A DNA stretch of 64,000 bases from Botryllus schlosseri (lineage: Eukaryota), in NCBI GenBank assembly GCA_051294905.1, contig CM119372.1, forward strand, positions 3,040,001-3,104,000, read 5' to 3'. A program made the position numbers and the translations under genes. The notes below the pieces were generated by a model. It made no database searches, was not told where the DNA came from, and worked only from the letters and a program-made list of their open reading frames with translations. Of the stretch, positions 22,682-35,338 are shown piece by piece (position 1 is the stretch's first letter; each line of letters opens with the position of its first letter).

Positions 22682-24519
22682 CTTAACGGTTTTTAAGTAA
22701 AGCTACATACTTTTTATACAGTGCATTTTGTAATTTAGATAGTAGTTTTAGGTAGGCTTTCATCACTTTTACGAGTGAAATTTCACAACAACCTGGCAAA
22801 ATACTCCCTGTCTCGAGTTTACTGACTGTGTTTCTTCCAAGAACGGTAGGTTACCTATATTCGTGCCTATGTCAGTTAATGTTATTCGCGCCAAGATGCA
22901 TCTTTGAAGCCCAACAGCGAATATTTCAAATCTGCATTTTAAAACTATTTACTTACCTAATAACCTTTCAGAGTACTCACATTCTACTTGAGTACGCTAA
23001 TAATGCTGACTAACTTGATCACATATTGAGAGTTTAAACCAGGCATGTCAAACATACGTCGCGCGATGCCATGGCGGGAGAATGAAAATATGCTACAATT
23101 ATCCAGCACATTTCCATCGAATGTGAGGATTTTTAATAAGAAATACCTTCAAGTAGGACATTGCATATGGTCCCTCAAGAAATTATACATCGAACATCTT
23201 CACATTATAACCGCCCGGCGACAATATTAATGTGTCTTCCCTCAAATCACTTTTAGCAAAAACAATGTGATATTGACTCAGAATCCCGTGAAGGGCAAAA
23301 AGTGCAATCGTAGTGCAGTATTTTCAAGGAAAATGGACGGAAAGCTATATTATTCACAGAAGCGAAAACGCCAGTGCTCAAAGAGTATATTGCAAATATC
23401 TGTGTTCGCATTCGCACTGCCATTAGGCTAGCTTCTGACTAATAGGTGAGATCCGACATTCATTCCAGGCCTTGATCTCGTCAATGAAGTGCAACAACAG
23501 TCAAGAATGCGTGCCATAAATTTTGCAAAGAGGTGAGAGGTGATGACTCATGACCTCGACACGACAGAGATTGGAGTGCAATGGTACCTTACGTAAAGAT
23601 CTTTTTGCTGCAGTTTTAATGCGTTTGCTTTCTGAGGAAACGACTGCTGCCCAAGTGTGTATTTCACACATTCAATTTAAATCTGAGGTCACGTCATAAT
23701 CAAAGCGCAGTGCCCCTTTGAAGGGAATTTCCCTTTCAGTACTGACCTTGTTCAGATATAAAGCTAAGCTTGCTATTGCTGGTAGCCAATTTGCTGTCTG
23801 CTGGATGATGTTGTATGTTTTTGTGTGGTTCAGGATGACAAATCAGATGAGATGCTTGCTTTCTGTAGTAAAGCAATTTGGGATTACATTTGATTGGTAT
23901 GGAATTTTGATCACACACGTTTTCCATGTTGAATTCGTACCAGCCTGTGCCATATCGTACATATGTACCAGTAGTGCAGCACTACCGGTGTACGGTATCA
24001 GCTCGGTTCAGTTTATACTTGGTGGGATGCGCGACAGAATGCCACGGGGATCTTCGCCCTTCACAGATCTCAGTTTAAAAGCAAATAACTATACACACTA
24101 TAGACCCCGTAACACTTAAGAGCCCCTGTTTCAGTTGTTTATAACTGTGTTCCATGATAGATAAATTAGTAGTGTACCGTATGGGTATGACAGTATAATC
24201 TGTAATGAAATCGGCAAGTCATTGCATGTTTCCAATTCCATTCTTTGCGAATAACCATGTCGCTATATAGAATAAAAATGTTACATATCTCTATAGGCTT
24301 GATCATAACGAATGGGTCGGGGCGAAACAGTGTACCTTAGTTTTTACTCAACACCGCAGCAGTATCGTTAAAAAATGGTTAATTCTGGAGTCGAGTCGGA
24401 ATGATGACCTTTTTTTAGTCAACACAACAAGATTACCAGTAAAATAGCTGTTTTCGATTCCGGTGATCTAACTTTTATGGTTTGTAAAAAGTGTCGATGA
24501 TTCTAGTATCACTCATGAT

Positions 24520-24711
24520 CAACGCCCTCTCTAATTTTTGACGAGTCAGCGCACACTCACCAAGTCACTGCGCAGACCCTGGGAAAACAGTGCATAACGA
24601 CTAAAAAAAGGTCATCACTTCGGATTTGTTGTGCGCAACTTAGATTTCTGTGCGCAGAGACCATATCAGCACTGTGTATTTGCGCACGTTCGCAGCTTAG
24701 AGGGAACATTG
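24520..24711. mobile_element. hAT-type MITE, CAATGTTCCC family
   Basis: Same internal sequence as the 14095 and 17949 copies; TSD CTCATGAT. Confidence 0.85.
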
Positions 24712-25129
24712 CTCATGATGACATCATAGCACATAGCAGCATAGAATGATTTTGAAGGTTCACTTCATATACGTACGTTTTATGCTGCCGTAAAAAAATG
24801 CAAGTTTTACCCCACATTACAGATAATTTGGCATTTTCGACTATTGCAATATGTGACAATGACTGCTGTGGGTTGATCACGACCTCGCGGAAATGGCATC
24901 TTCACACACGTGCGTAGCTTGGGGCACGTGTGTGTTTGGGATACTCTCATACGATCACTCGGGAGTTTCAAGGCTTTTAAAATATATCGAAATATAGCTC
25001 TTGGTGGAGAGGAGCACGTCATTTCCGTGCTTGAAAAAACGTCCCTCAATTCTCGGCTCGAATGAATCAAATTAATACTCGATTCGGATTCAGGTCGGCA
25101 TTGTCCATTAGGTATAGTAGGCCCTATAC

Positions 25130-26224
25130 CAGGGGTGGACAAGTATTTTTTACCGCGGCCCAAATGAGAAGTAGAAAATACGTTGGCGAGCCGAGGGATA
25201 ATATTTAGCTATATTCTGAAGCATATGTTAATTTTATTTCTAAATTACATTGTTAATAAATGCTACTCAGTGAATGTGTTGATGTTAGATAATGAGAAAC
25301 TGACGGTTAATTAAAAAAAATATCTATTTGCCGTCATGCTTCGAAACAATGTTAAATATGATCCATTTTGAACTATCTTTAAACCCGTATCCACGTTATA
25401 CTATTAAGACACTAAAAAGGTGGTTCTCAAACTTTTTTAGGCACGCCCCCCTTTATGATAGTGAAAAATTTCGCGCCCCCTTATCTTATCCCAACGGATA
25501 GTTTGATGGCATGGAAGGTGATGGCTGTTGATGAGAGAATTCTAAAATATCAAAGTCAGACAATACACAGTGCAATAACTATGAGCCATGGGGTAAATCG
25601 CGTCTAGCGCGAATTTTTTTCATTTGACCTCGGTTTCACGCCCGCCGGTTCGAGAACCACTGCACTGATCTGTATCTGGGACAAAGCTTATTGTCTGGGT
25701 CGCTGACTTTCGAGCAGTGTGCAGCTTAAATAGCCATGATGTTGAGCGAAAGCTTGCAGTTTTTATGAAATTCGCCTTCCCTTGACCGAGTGTCTGTCTT
25801 AGTGTTTTTGTCATAAGACAATAAGACTTTAATTAAAATCCTAAATCTCGGCGACATGCTCGGCACAAACTAAAAGGTGTAACTCTTCAAAACACAGACT
25901 GTATAATACGTAATGCGACAATGGCAACAAAGATGGTTTGAACTATATGGAAAGAGTGATTTCTTGCGACATTAATACTAGTCATACTTTGCTACATTGA
26001 CATTATTTTGAATCTGGATTACGCATGTTAGGTACGTAGGCAGCGTAATCATGGCGAATTAATTAACAGGCTTCAAAGTAAACGAATTTCCTGTCCAGTT
26101 GATACAGCCTATGGTTTTAGTTTACGTATCAACATTCAAAAAGCAGGTTTTATGTTTTGAATTCCAAGCATCCTCTCGCGGGCCGCACAGAATAGCTCCG
26201 CGGGCCTCACTTTGCCCAGGTCTG
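25130..26224. mobile_element. Charlie-like hAT non-autonomous element with a nested MITE (~25418-25662)
   Basis: TIR CAGGGGTGGACAA / TTGCCCAGGTCTG and perfect TSD CCCTATAC. Confidence 0.8.
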
Positions 26225-28062
26225 CCCTATACTATTAGTAAGTATAGAGTAGTATGAGCATGGAAAACAGTTTTCCATGGTATGAGAAACCAAGAGACTA
26301 CTCAAACGCGTGCATTACAAAATTGTTCAAAAAAAACAAGCAAGGATATTTCTAATCGCGCGCTAATTCCCACCATCTTTGGAAGTACCTTTAAATAATG
26401 CATGTCCACATTTTATTGATTTCTTTCACATTCAGTCCCGAGGTTGGTATTCAGCATTGATATAGCCTAGTATCCTCGAATTTGATTTGAATGCATTTCG
26501 GAGATATTTGATGGGCTGAAATTATAAATCAGAATTATTATTGAATAATATATTCATACTGAAAGGCACCCGAATATTTCTGCTGACACTCGTCAGGGGC
26601 AATCTTGAGAGTTTCAAAGAACAATGTATACCGCCAACTAATAGGAATATATAATTCAATTATATATTGAAGTTCTACCCTCAAAGAATCTCTTTAAATA
26701 GTATTGAGTTGCATTGATGTTATTGAAATTATACCGATTTTTATAGATATATCATTAATTAAAATTCTGCTCCGTACGAATGCGTATGTATCATGCTATC
26801 GTGGCATCCCTACTCACCGCTTTTGAGATCCTATTTTTGAAATTTTTCACATCAATTGGTATCGATTGCAGGTGCGTCATTATTGATTGCATTTCCGTAC
26901 GAGATAATGGAGGCAGTAGATTCGTCTTAGGATCCGTACGAAATGAATGCTTACCATGCAGTCATTAGCAATTCATGTCTTTGCAATTATTTTCATATCT
27001 TTTCTTGCGCATGATAGATAAAAACGAAATGCTATAAATAACCGTATCTGGAACATTAAACCTCAGCTATTCCGTCGGGTTTAATTGTGGTCCTTAAATT
27101 GCCTAATGTCTAGCGTCAAATGTCCTTGAAACTCGGCGCGCGTATCCTTGTTCTTAAGCTCGCAATATTGATTTATCTTCCGAAATACTGTCAAAGACTT
27201 GTCGATTGAGATATCGACTCGTTCTCTGCATTCGCCGAGCGGAGTGGACAGTTAAGACACAAAAACGCAGACGTCTTTATGCTGAGGTTATCTGTACTTC
27301 GAATTGTGAGTTATGCCTACGTGAGAGAATGGTAATAATTACAAGCGCATCCCGATTGTCGCCATCGGTATGTTACTGTAAACGCGACTGATTTGGTGAG
27401 GGATGGTTGGTCGCGGCTTCTGTTTTAACGCATTGCGAATTCTCATTAAACGTTTCGTATATAATTCGAAGGATTGGTGAGATAGATTCCAGGATAATTT
27501 AAAGTCCGTTCTGTCCTGAGCATACCAGACTTGTACAAACTACCAGTCTAGTTACTGTATAGTTGACCGTCAACATCATGGGGTGTACCGGTTCAAAAGG
27601 GTGCAGGGTGCAAGAGAAACATTGCAGTTTATATCCGGTTGTTGATGTTGTCGACGTAATTTTAGTAATCAGCCTCTGAACTGCATGGACCAACATATCG
27701 GTTATATGGAAGTGACGGCCTTTTCTTAGTTTGTGCACATACGCAGCATGAACAGATTGAACAGGAACACCGATGTGTGACAATTTGTTGGCATGCAGAT
27801 AAAACCGATGACCTTTTTTAGCCGCCACATACAATTTATATAGGTTTACTTGTCAGGGGTGCATAAGTCAGAGCTAGGGTAGAACTTTCAAGCGTGGACC
27901 ACTCCGAAAAAGGATGGAGAGCGCTTTTAGTTCTGGTTCTAGTTCTAGTCGCACATTACAATAATTGTTGCGGAACAATTAGAAAACAAGTGTCGTTGAG
28001 GCGTGAATCGTGATACCGGTGTTTTGTTGTGTGATGTTCTGGCAGCTATTGCTAGCTCAGAG

Positions 28063-29239
28063 CATACTTGGACAACTAGAAAATTTTCAGCTTTTCCGAA
28101 TTAAATTAGAATTAGAGCTACACAAGTTTTTCCAAATTAGATTAGATTAGAATTAGAATTAGAGCTACACAGCTTTTTTCAAATTAGATTAGAATTAGAA
28201 TTAGAGCCACACAGCTTTTTCTTTATTGAATGAAATTGTGAATGGGAAATAAATACAGCAAAAACCAGTTCATATCAAATTACAATGCATTCTCATAACC
28301 ACGAGAAAGGTTAACGTCTGTACACCAAGCTTGTCTCATTTTGTACTATACCAGGGGTCGACGCAATCGCGGCCGGCGATCTGATTTGAGATTTTGGAAG
28401 AACGCGAAATACAGCATTTTGAAATGCTAAAATTGATTTCAGTTTCAAATTATTATTATTGTTGTTGTTTCAAAATATACTATTCGCCTGTGGCCAACAA
28501 CACTATTCCACACTACCTGAAACGGTTTCGGCGATGGCAACAGCATTCCATCGATGCAAAGTCAGCCGATATCAATGAGCATAATGCCTTGACGTGCAAT
28601 GGCCCAGACACTGCCAAGACCGAGACGCTTAGAAAACGTCATAGGACGTCCCCACAAGATCAATCTTTAGGGTGAGATATTCTGGAGCCCCAACATCGAT
28701 TCATTAGTCGTTGGAAAGCGTTGTCGGGTATCGTGCGCAGCGCATAAAGTTCAAAATAAAATGAAGTTTATAATCATGACATTTCTTGTTGTATTTGTAC
28801 TGCTTTCATAAAATATTACTTCTTTTGTGGTAGCCATGAGCATCGCCCATGTTAGTCAGCACGGCGTTACTAACGTAAATAGATTTAAGAACCAGAATGT
28901 TGTTTGCACACTACAAGCTACTATGCTAGCCGGCTATTATTCATCACAATAACTACTAAGTAAGGGGATGGCAGGCAGCTTGGCAGTGGATTTCCTAGCG
29001 CGAGAGGGATATTCTTGTTAACTTGCTGCAAAATGTCTCGAAGAAAGAGGCATTCTCAGGAAAACAATAAATTAGATTAGTATTAAAATTAGAGCATAGG
29101 AACATTTCACAAATTAGATTAGAATTAGAATAAGACCATAAGAACATTTCTCAAATTAGATTAAAATTAGATTAGTGGCGTTTCACTCTAATTTAGTGAA
29201 ATTAAACAACTAGAATTATCTAGTTGTCAAAGTCATCTG
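28063..29239. mobile_element. hAT-type MITE (AATTAG-rich family) with an internal insertion
   Basis: CATACTTGGACAACTAG ... CTAGTTGTCAAAGTCATCTG and perfect TSD GCTCAGAG. Confidence 0.8.
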
Positions 29240-29631
29240 GCTCAGAGCCGTCACTTGGCGTAGCCACGAGAGGGTTTTAAGGGCCGAACCTCCTCCCATT
29301 TAAAACTCGTTCTTTCGACATGTCGATTCTGTCTCTGTTCTCTGATATTTCTTGGCTTGCTTGAAATTCAGGAATTGTATCTACTTATGGTTGTGATTTA
29401 GTATGTTGGTTCGTCCTAGTTCTAGTTCGATCTAGTTGCGAGTTTTGAAAATCTAATCGTTTGTATAGGGCTGGGGGATATACCGTCGGATGAGCAAAAC
29501 CAGTTCTTGCGTCTCTCCCAAACAAACAGATTTCAACGCGCGGTTACATAGGTTTATCGCAATGGTATTTATTTTCATAATGGTGAGATTGCTTTATTTT
29601 CAGTTTATCAAAAACATCTGTGAACGTAGCT

Positions 29632-29821
29632 ATGGCGCGTTCGGCGTCGTTTACGGCATTGCTATTATTTTGCGCCTTGACACCTTCGTTAGGTTTGAAA
29701 TGCAATGAGGGATTCAATATGACTTTGAACGGGATCCCTCTGTATTTTTGGACCGAGCGCGAATGTCGCGAAGACAGCAAGTGCATGGGGCAGGAAATAG
29801 CTATCGGCACGGATTTGGATG
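29632..29821 (+). CDS. Novel Ly6/uPAR-like surface protein, exon 1 (signal peptide and first three LU cysteines)
   Basis: MARSASFTALLLFCALTPSLG-LKCNEGFNMTLNGIPLYFWTERECREDSKCMGQEIAIGTDLD G|gtaagt (phase 1). An acceptor-like ttattttcag lies 28 nt upstream of the ATG. Confidence 0.82.
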
Positions 29822-30498
29822 GTAAGTCGCGTTGATTAGTATCGCATTAACATTTCATTACATATATGAAAATTTGAAGAGCCTCTAGCTAGGAGGTACA
29901 GAACTTCAATATAAAATTGTCTTGGTATATTCATCTTGAAATAAACCCGAATATTTTCTGCTGACTCTCGTCATGGGTAATCGTTAGCAACTAGTAGAGA
30001 ATGGAAAATACCATACAGTATGTTGTTGACGATTACCCTTGCCCAAGGTCGTAACTGCCGCACTCTAAACTCCCTAATTGTGGGGGGCAAATTATTTCGC
30101 AAATCAACATCACAGATAAAGTATTTTTGGGGAGATTCCGCAAAAATTCAAAATTTTCTTCGTGCGATTTCGTGTAGTTTAATGTCTACTTTTTAATATG
30201 GGTACTCGCAGTGCCCCTAGAAAAAAATACGCATATTTTCAGCGCCGGCTGTTACCTCGTCACGACACACCAAGACTGTTGGAGTTTCGGCCAATATGCG
30301 AATTGTGTGATCAAATAAAACCTTGGCCGAAAATTTCATCCGCAAGTTGGCCGAGACCATCAGTATATAATGGGCTGTTCAAAAATAGCTAATTTTCCAA
30401 ATTTCACTCACTTGGATATAAAATTGCCAGGTTTCCTTAACAAACGCTACACACCAAATTTGGGTCGAATCCGACCTGTAACGGCCGTGCAATCTTAA

Positions 30499-31486
30499 AG
30501 GGGCACTGCGCTCTAAATATGATGTGGTCTCAAATTGAAGGGCAAAACGAAAAAAAAAATTTGGCCGCAGCCGTTTTCTTCAGAACGCCACCGTAATGGA
30601 GCTGCAATTTATTGAAATTTCCAGAAACGCACCCGGCTGCAGCTGTCGCGGCTCCGGGTAATTTCTTAACCCGTTACATGGCACGATGACTTCATCGTCG
30701 CACTTGCTGGACGCGATTACGCAGGCACGCAGTGGACGAACTGTAGATAGTTGTCAGCCGATGTTATGAAGCAAATATGTCTTACACGCCAAGGTGGTGT
30801 AGATACGGCGTTCCACGGACGATATTGAAATTTGCACCTAAACGTCTTCATTTTACTTATGACACAATAATGCTTGCACGAACCAAACTGGCTGTCCTGG
30901 ACCACAATGAGAATGTTGGCAGATTTCCTGCGGTGACACAAGAAGGTTTGCTGTGCAGATGTTTGCAAGTCAAGGTACTCAGTTACTTACTCTATATTTG
31001 TTTAAGCAGGTGTTCTACGATACAAAAAAAGTTACTCTCGGTCAGCAAAAGAGTTAATCTTGAAAAGCATGTATGAAAAGAAGACGAACCACTATGCGAG
31101 AGAGCTTTTGAGGAAATAGAATACACTACGCCCAATTAAGAGAAAAATCTGCTGACTGAATATCGTCCGTGGAACGCCGTATCTACACCACCTTGGCGTG
31201 TAAGACATATTTGCTTCATAACATCGGCTGACAACTATCTACAGTTCGTCCACTGCGTGCCTGCGTAATCGCGTCCAGCAAGTGCGACGATGAAGTCATC
31301 GTGCCATGTAACGGGTTAAGAAATTACCCGGAGCCGCGACAGCTGCAGCCGGGTGCGTTTCTGGAAATTTCAATAAATTGCAGCTCCATTACGGTGGCGT
31401 TCTGAAGAAAACGGCTGCGGCCAAAATTTTTTTTTCGTTTTGCCCTTCAATTTGAGACCACATCATATTTAGAGCGCAGTGCCCCT
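30499..31486 (+). mobile_element. Kolobok-like non-autonomous element with 328-bp TIRs and a spliced transposase remnant
   Basis: TTAA|AGGGGCACTGCG...CGCAGTGCCCCT|TTAA, with TIRs at 30499-30826 and 31159-31486 that are nearly identical. The core encodes KRLHFTYDTIMLARTKLAVLDHNENVGR. Confidence 0.8.
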
Positions 31487-32123
31487 TTAAATTAATGGAA
31501 ATTTCGACCATTTTTGAATTTATAGTACCCGTATTTACGGTAAAAAATTTCGGCACTTCGATATGACCAAATATTGTGTTCAAGGCATGCCTGAAGGAAA
31601 AGTGATGCTTTTTTCACGGTTTTACATCTGGATACTGGGTTGCGATAGGGTGAAATAATAAAATTGTTAATTAATTAAAAAATTAATTTGACACTGATTT
31701 GCTGGAAAGGAATCAACGAAATTGAAGTAGTCTCGTTAGAACGATGATGATATATATTAACAAATAAAATACATTTAAGGCTGAAATCGGGCACCATGAA
31801 GAGAAAATGAACTGACGCACAGGTGAAATACAGCTAAATATTTTTCACAGATTATTATCGATACCCGAAAGTATCTTTTTACGTGCCGATGTAGATTTGA
31901 CGACGTTTTGGCTGTTTTCTTCGCAATGCGTTATAATATTTTGGTTTTCACGACTCCTATATACCTCCACGAGGCGAATTACGAATGCGGAGGCATTATT
32001 TTCGAATTTTAGCGGATCTGCATCATCATAGGCCATTTGTATGTGCCGTAGTGAACTCGCGCCAACCAACAATGGAATGCTTGAGGTATGTCATGTTACC
32101 AGTTGGTTGATAATAATGATGAC

Positions 32124-32963
32124 TAGGGCGATTTTTATTGACTTGTCAAAATTGTAGCGTTAGGTAAAAATTTGTCAAAATTGTTCACAAAGTCAAAAAA
32201 TTTTTGACGTCTGCCTTTCGTTTATATCGTAGATTTTGCACTGTCGTTGAACTTATCATTTGATATTTTACAGCTTGTAGCCTACTTTATAGCCCTAACG
32301 CTGTAAACGGCCCATTGTGTGCTCATTGTGGATCATAAACGGTCAAATAAAACAAATAGTTAGACATGGTGTTATGGTCAATGTACCGCAATATCCTAAC
32401 TGAGAAAAGAATTATAAGGCATTGCATCATTCTTATATCAAGAAGCGCATGATGAAAAATTCGGATGTAGACAACATTGTCAGAATGAAGCAACACGGTG
32501 TGTCACCAGCAGTGTACGCACGACTTGAGTGTTGTCAGCGAACAACTGCTACTGTTGAACGTTCGTTCTCCATTATTGGCAAGCTTTTTAGTAAGGACAT
32601 GCACTTTCTACCCAATAATGTAGGAAACTATCTCTCGTTGTACTACACCAAATTTTAGTTATTCCTACCGTAATACTTATTGTAACTACTGGAATTCTTC
32701 ATAGAGCCAGATTTCGTTAAAATATTAGTTTTTTTTCATTTAAAAATTAGCCTGTTTTTAAGCCAAAAACGATTTTTCATGCCAAACTTTTTCGTTAGGA
32801 CAGCCAGTTCTAACGAAACGTGAAGATAAGTGGTACAATTTTAACATTATGTGGGGAAAACTCCTAATTTGCATACGTTAGGTCAAAATTTGATCAAAAT
32901 TCAGTTTGTTTAAGTGAAAGGAAAGTCAAAATTGTCATTTGTTTAGGTAAAAAAATCGCCCTA
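32124..32963 (+). mobile_element. Non-autonomous hAT element with dimerization-domain remnant
   Basis: TIR TAGGGCGATTTTT and perfect TSD ATGATGAC. ORF 32422-32658 contains LECCQRTTATVERSFSIIGKLFSKDMHFLPNN. Confidence 0.88.
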
Positions 32964-33506
32964 ATGATGACATATCTTTCTCATACCAATAATTCTTCTG
33001 AACCACTTCATATCATCCTCGAGATTTGGTGGTGATACAGGACCCAATGAAAGAAAGCACTAGCAAGGAATGGGAAGAGCTAGAACGAGCAACGGCATAA
33101 AGATCAACATTGAAAATGAACTGTGACATTGGGCACTAGGCGGAGGTCGATGTCAGTTTAAGAGACCGCAACTGCGCGTCGTTCGGCATCCTCCAATATG
33201 TTCATTACATCGCATGGTGTCTTATCGCATTGTGTGTGTCTTGATCGGATGGAAATATATTCTCCAGATTATTGTCTTTCCATACAACTGTCTTCACTTA
33301 GCCTAGTAATCGGCAATGCGCTTTATTGCGGAGTTCAGTTATCCACCAGCTCATTTGCTCTGATTACGTGAAGTTCACACTGGTGCGAAAAAAGATATCG
33401 CCTCTATAGTCTACGAAATATATTTTACTGTATTTTAACTGCTTGGCAATTTATTTTCTCTTAATGGTCCCGGATTTCAGTGCTGAAAGTTTGTTTTTGT
33501 GGTACT

Positions 33507-33694
33507 CATGGTGTTTGTCGACTACTATGGTCATTGGTCATTTACACCAGGCCGATATTCTTCATTTTTATTCCGTAACTGCCGACCTCCAACACTTAGG
33601 TACGGGACTTCTGAAGTCGACCTCGGTCGGACTCGAACTCGCAACCCATTGGTGTTGCAGCCGTGGATTATACCACTGCGGTATCTCCATCACT
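33507..33694 (-). mobile_element. tRNA-derived SINE
   Basis: Minus-strand head AGTGATGGAGATACCGCAGTGGTA (A-box-like) ... GAGTTCGAGTCC (B-box), followed by a non-tRNA body. Second copy at ~39968-40237 and a 3' fragment at ~61261-61335. Confidence 0.7.
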
Positions 33695-35338
33695 ATCGTT
33701 GTCACGGAGCTCTTTCGATGTAGTTCCAGCTTATCAGTGTCAAATTCATTTTTTGTTAGCAGTTTCATCATCCAAACTCGATCAAAGGCCTTTTCTCAAG
33801 ATGTAAACGCGTGAAAAAAAGCATCACTTTCCCTTCAGGCACGCCTGGAACACGATATTTGGTCATATCGAAGTGTCGAAATTTTTCACCGTAAATACTA
33901 TAAATTCAAAAATAATCGAAATTTCAATTTTAGGTTGCACGGCCTTTACTGGTCGGAATTGACCCAAATATGGTGTGAAGCGTTCGTTTAGGCAACCTGA
34001 CAATTTTATCACTAAGCGAGTGAAATTTGGAAAAAAAGTAATTTTTGAACAACCCTAATATACATATCATATTTCCAATTGGCCATTGTCCATTGGTACG
34101 GAATAGTCCTGTGCTTGCTATCTGAAGTCACCACTTCCCTCAGCTCTTCCAGTAAATCTGATCACGTGAACTGGGAGACGATGAAAAATTATTAGCAAAA
34201 TATGCACTCACCAATATTATAGACATAGTTCAATCCTTTGTGTGAATTTTTATGGTGCGTCTCCCGACTACGCACATAAATAGACATAGTAGCTTTGACT
34301 GTAAAACGTTCTTTTTTCTGTTAGTGGTGAAATGACCCGTCGTGAAGGGGGGCCTGAATGTCCAAGCCATCCAGAAGTTTGGTTTATGATCATATAGGGG
34401 GCCCAAGACCAACGTTTTAGAGAGGGATGGCCAAGTACTGTATCGGCCCTTCCCTGACGCGTGTCATCCCAAAATATTTTAATATCAATATATCAATGAA
34501 TTTTATATGAAGTTCTGTACCCCTAAGAAGCTCTCCAAATATTGGATAATGTTGTCGAATTTGCAATATCACCGTGACGATATATATGCATGTGTTGTGC
34601 AGGAGTTATCGACAGCAACTGCCGTTGTACAGAATGGGAAAGAACATTGTATAATGTATATCAACAATCGTATCACAGAATATGACTATGCGATGTTGTA
34701 CAAGGTACATATTCATTTGATTCGAATTCCATATAATAACTAATATAGACGTGGCGCACGAAACATGAGATGTTATAAGCGCCATCACTATAACGAGTTT
34801 AGTACTATAATATTACTGCATAACAGTAACACATCATCACACCCCGCGTGCGGTTACATATGTATGAATGCGCCAGGAAGCCAATAGCTAACTGGGTGTT
34901 AATCAGCCTCGCCGGCAGGATTATATTTGATCGCGCAAACATAAAACGTAATCAGCATCCATGCACTGCAGCAATGGCTGATTAGCGACTTAAATCGATG
35001 ATTTCCCCCATAGCTGGACCGACGGTCTTAACACCTTGCTCGTTGCTTTTGGTCGATATAATCAACCTTTGCTGCTGTGTAGGCACGCTGATTAGGATTT
35101 GTATTAAGCTTATTGCTGGCTATGTTTTATTGCGCGAAAAAATCTATTCTTGCAGATGAGTGTGATTAGCGCACTGTATCACGTCCGTTTCCGGGCAGAG
35201 CACAGATGTGACTGCGCAGTGTGCAGGTGCGCACTGTGCATAGTGATGTGTTGGTTCGTTTCCTGTTGTGTGTGTTGGTATTCAGCATACATACAAGTAT
35301 AATCACTATACTGATCGAGGTCAAGTTATACTATAGAT

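Larger units (their letters stand above)
30371..34057. mobile_element. Long-TIR element (TAGGGCTGTTCAAAA family) hosting Kolobok, hAT and SINE insertions
   Basis: Termini TGGGCTGTTCAAAAAT / ATTTTTGAACAACCCTA. After removing the Kolobok insert, 30371-31630 is an inverted repeat of ~33785-34057. Confidence 0.75.

Noticed and set aside
22900..23718. Possible second Kolobok-like element (GCGCAGTGCCCCTTTGAA end at ~23705-23721)
   Set aside because: Only one terminus is recognisable and there is no convincing coding remnant.
33620..33694. tRNA gene
   Set aside because: A and B boxes are present, but there is no proper acceptor stem and it is attached to a repeated non-tRNA body; treated as a SINE head.
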